Virus record (IMG/VR): IMGVR_UViG_3300023202_000068
Coordinates: 1-64,000 of that record
Length of the DNA stretch: 64,000 nucleotides
Direction: 5' to 3' (one strand)
Source: a virus
Position numbers and translations under genes: made by a program. Below the pieces are notes generated by a model. The model searched no databases. It had not been told where the DNA came from and worked only from the letters and a program-made list of their open reading frames with translations. Numbering within the stretch: position 1 is the stretch's first letter; every line of letters begins with the position of its first letter. Of this stretch, positions 63,408 through 64,000 are shown piece after piece.

Positions 63408-64000
63408 ATGAAAGCATTTCATAACGACACAGAAGTTAAGAAGAAATATTTAAGTAGAGTTGAGCATCACATCAAGGTAGATAACCTCATTAGAGGCAAA
63501 GGTTGGGATGGTTCGAAAGGCTGTGCTGTCGGTTGTACATTAGAAAAGTATGATCATAAAGCTTATGAGACTGAGCTTGGTATACCGGAGTGGCTTGCAA
63601 GAGTTGAGGACGCGCTTTTTGAGGGCATGAACTTAGAGAAATCTAAGACTTTTCCTAAAGAGTTTTTAGAATCTATAAATCCAGGTTCTGACTTAGATAA
63701 AATTAAAGCACCGTTTTTAATTATGGTTCTTAGAAGAAGTTTAGAGCATTTTGATCATGAAAAGTATCCTGATATATACCAAGCGGTCCAATCGGTGATT
63801 GATTTATACGAAATTGGAGAAGCGCCTCCCAATCAATTCCAGGCAGCAGAGGCAGCAGCAGAGGCAGCATGGGCAGCAGAGGCAGCAGAGGCAGCAAGGG
63901 CAGAGTCGGTATGGGCAGCAGGGGCAGCAGCAGAGGCAGCAGCAGGGGCAGCAGCAAGGGCAGCAGCAGAGGCAGCAGCAGGGGCAGCAGCAAGGGCAGC
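63408..64000 (+). CDS. hypothetical protein with Ala-rich repeat, runs off the window edge
   Basis: MKAFHNDTEVKKKYL...KGCAVGCTL...GIPEWLARVEDALFE...AAEAAAEAAWAAE. Confidence 0.8.
   Translation, partial: MKAFHNDTEVKKKYLSRVEHHIKVDNLIRGKGWDGSKGCAVGCTLEKYDHKAYETELGIPEWLARVEDALFEGMNLEKSKTFPKEFLESINPGSDLDKIKAPFLIMVLRRSLEHFDHEKYPDIYQAVQSVIDLYEIGEAPPNQFQAAEAAAEAAWAAEAAEAARAESVWAAGAAAEAAAGAAARAAAEAAAGAAARA

Noticed and set aside
63730-63993. Minus-strand Leu/Pro-repeat ORF
   Set aside because: Antisense shadow of the Ala-rich plus-strand gene
1-64000. Stop-codon reassignment or prophage state
   Set aside because: Standard code yields full-length core genes ending in all three stops; no integrase, att site or host genes seen in the window

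Overview
The whole window reads as part of a large, apparently lytic myovirus genome. The standard genetic code gives dense coding, and no integrase, rRNA, canonical tRNA or CRISPR array was seen. 1-8.5 kb (mostly minus): SbcC/SbcD-like nuclease pair, dCMP deaminase, GroES-like protein, a sigma-70-like factor truncated in region 4, two SF2 helicases and an M15 endolysin. 8.5-21.5 kb (minus): MuF-like head protein, portal, terminase, GroEL, metallophosphoesterase, AAA+ ATPase, major capsid protein and scaffold. 21.7-52 kb (mostly plus): HNH, an 885-aa multidomain prohead protease, NUDIX, neck proteins, sheath, tube and fibre-like genes. 52-64 kb: a membrane/lysis cluster, an iteron-like repeat region, a tRNA-like ncRNA and an early region with repeated strong promoters. 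The best candidate for an undescribed system is a protease-processed head cargo. A ~1598-aa late polyprotein carries SAM-lyase-like, GNAT, two ADP-ribosyltransferase-like, two zincin-like and a lytic-transglycosylase-like domain. These are separated by K-K-S-E / hydrophobic-x-K-[S/A/G/N] linkers, the same motif that recurs in the scaffold, protease, capsid N-terminus and several other late proteins. A late gene with an mCpol-like (Cas10-palm) nucleotide cyclase domain ends in a textbook -1 frameshift signal. A YAATCTTTA motif precedes ten late transcription units and plausibly pairs with the truncated phage sigma factor. All family calls come from motif recognition by eye; no database searches were run.
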